Below, in pieces: positions 61,223-62,614 of a stretch of DNA of 62,614 nt (the stretch's first letter is position 1; every line of letters starts with the position of its first letter). Origin of the DNA: Lachnospiraceae bacterium (lineage in GTDB: Bacteria > Bacillota > Clostridia > Lachnospirales > Bianqueaceae). A program made the translations under genes and the position numbers. The notes beneath the pieces are model-generated. The model saw only the letters and a list, made by a program, of their open reading frames with translations, was not told where the DNA came from and searched no databases. Location of the stretch: the NCBI GenBank assembly GCA_021442595.1, contig JABUST010000218.1:1-62614 (forward strand), read 5' to 3'.

Positions 61223-62614
61223 TTATTCCATGTTTGTTGCAAGGATGCGGAAGTTGTCTTCCTCCAGCTTGATGTCAGCAATGAGGGAAGCCTTGTCCAG
61301 ATATCCGGTGCAGGTCCACTCGATATCATCGTAGCATTCTGTAACAAAGGTAGCATCGGGAGCAATGTTGAAATCGTCGAAGGAACCCTCATAGAAGGTA
61401 ACGGAGCCGTCGGTTTCCAGATACAGATCCGTGATGCGGGCATAGTTCCAGGCGGTGAGGGTCGCATCCTTGCCGGCGGTATCCTTGTAGGTGAAGTTGG
61501 CCTTCATGACAACATACAGAACATTGGTATCGATGTCGGAAGCGCCGTCCTTCAGGATCCAGTAGTAGTAGCCCATGTTTTCGATGCCGGTCAAAAGGAT
61601 ACCTGCATCAATGAAGTCCTGACCTGCATAAACTCCGGTGAGCCAGTCGTCATAGGCCTGGCCCAGGTCTGTGAGCATGGTCTCATCGATGTCTGCAAAA
61701 TTAGTGATGTATCCGTAATGGGACAGACCCTCAACGGTATATTCCCAGGTGGTGACAGTGGGATAATAGCCGTAAAGAGACTTCAGAAGCTCCTCTTCGG
61801 ACTCATCGTAGCCTTCAATATAATAGTGGATGACGTCGCCATTGTGCAGGGAATACAGGTCATCATCGGTGGTGATCCACAGAGAACCCATGACCTCCAG
61901 GTCATCTCTGAGGGTCAGAGTGACATAGGTCTCGCCCTCGGAGCCGGTGATGGAAACCTCGGCGCCTTCAAAGGGATCGAAGCCGGTGGCCTCCTCCAGA
62001 CCCTCAACGGTGTAGGTGAAGTTGGAGCACTCGATGACAGCGTTGTTTCCGTAATAGTCAGACAGATATTCGTTGTAGTCGGAGAAGTAATCGCAGACCT
62101 CCACCTCCAACACATCGCCGTTGCTGATACTGTAGTAGGTATTCAGATAAACAGCTACGTTATCGCAGAGCAGATCCATAACGGTCTGATCCGTGGGCTG
62201 GTTCTTGGTCTTGCAGGTCCATACCAGAGACTCGGAGAAATCAGCTTTCAGACGCTCTGTGTCAATGGTGGCATCGGCTTCGCCGTTTCCGCTGCGGCCT
62301 TCCACGGTGACTACCACATAATCATTCAGGTTGACGGTGACGGGAGCAGCCTTGGGCTTGCCGAGAACATTGACCAGCACAATCACCACGGCAGCCACAG
62401 CAACGACGGCAGCAATGATGCCGATGATCAGGCCGGCCTTACCCTTCTTCTTTTTGGGTTCCTGAACGGGTTCCTGGTAAGGCTGATAGGGGGCCTGCTG
62501 GAACTGCTGAGGCTGATAGGGAGCCTGCTGGAACTGGGGTTCGGGAGCGGGAGCCTGATAAGGATTCTGCTGGAACTGCTGAGGCTGATAGGGAGCCTGC
62601 TGGAACTGGGGTTC
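61223..62614 (-). CDS. type II membrane protein, 5'-truncated by the window edge (P/Q/Y/F-rich cytoplasmic repeats, one TM, extracellular domain)
   Basis: The reading frame stays open from 62398 to the window end. My own translation of that stretch is EPQFQQAPYQPQQFQQNPYQAPAPEPQFQQAPYQPQQFQQAPYQPYQEPVQEPKKKKGKAGLIIGIIAAVVAVAAVVIVLVN.... About 370 aa of extracytoplasmic domain follow, with no motif I recognise. Confidence 0.7.
   Translation of the reverse strand, partial: EPQFQQAPYQPQQFQQNPYQAPAPEPQFQQAPYQPQQFQQAPYQPYQEPVQEPKKKKGKAGLIIGIIAAVVAVAAVVIVLVNVLGKPKAAPVTVNLNDYVVVTVEGRSGNGEADATIDTERLKADFSESLVWTCKTKNQPTDQTVMDLLCDNVAVYLNTYYSISNGDVLEVEVCDYFSDYNEYLSDYYGNNAVIECSNFTYTVEGLEEATGFDPFEGAEVSITGSEGETYVTLTLRDDLEVMGSLWITTDDDLYSLHNGDVIHYYIEGYDESEEELLKSLYGYYPTVTTWEYTVEGLSHYGYITNFADIDETMLTDLGQAYDDWLTGVYAGQDFIDAGILLTGIENMGYYYWILKDGASDIDTNVLYVVMKANFTYKDTAGKDATLTAWNYARITDLYLETDGSVTFYEGSFDDFNIAPDATFVTECYDDIEWTCTGYLDKASLIADIKLEEDNFRILATNME

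Overview
This is a chromosomal replication-origin region from a Firmicutes/Clostridia-type genome (visually over 50% G+C, not computed). The conserved core runs recF-yaaA-dnaN-dnaA on the minus strand, diverging from rpmH-rnpA-yidD-yidC-jag-mnmE-mnmG-rsmG-argS-(3x parS)-parA-parB on the plus strand. DnaA-box clusters lie on both sides of dnaA. Housekeeping genes fill the rest: ribU, bioY, metA, pepF, lepB, maf, pcp, several peptidases, transporters and regulators, and eight tRNA genes. The one clearly accessory segment is an AT-rich island at about 980-9020, between ribU and a MATE exporter. It carries a compact minus-strand operon that looks like an uncharacterised RiPP system. In transcription order it encodes an XRE-HTH/TPR-like regulator and a 34-codon ORF absent from the ORF track (MEKKVYEKPTIEIIELVADETISLGCWRAVPSSC). 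A radical-SAM/SPASM enzyme, an HPr-kinase-like P-loop protein, two ABC half-transporters and two soluble proteins with no motif I recognise follow. A truncated nucleotidyltransferase-like ORF sits at the island edge. Other observations worth a second look: an FMN-riboswitch-like element upstream of ribU that is only about half the normal length; a modular two-hairpin repeat forming long leaders ahead of two tRNA-Arg genes; a tRNA-Leu whose anticodon reads AAG; a PP2C-TM-LysM protein; and a fused ABC-2/GldG-like protein with no adjacent ATPase. All calls come from reading the sequence and the supplied translations. No database search or numeric computation was run.
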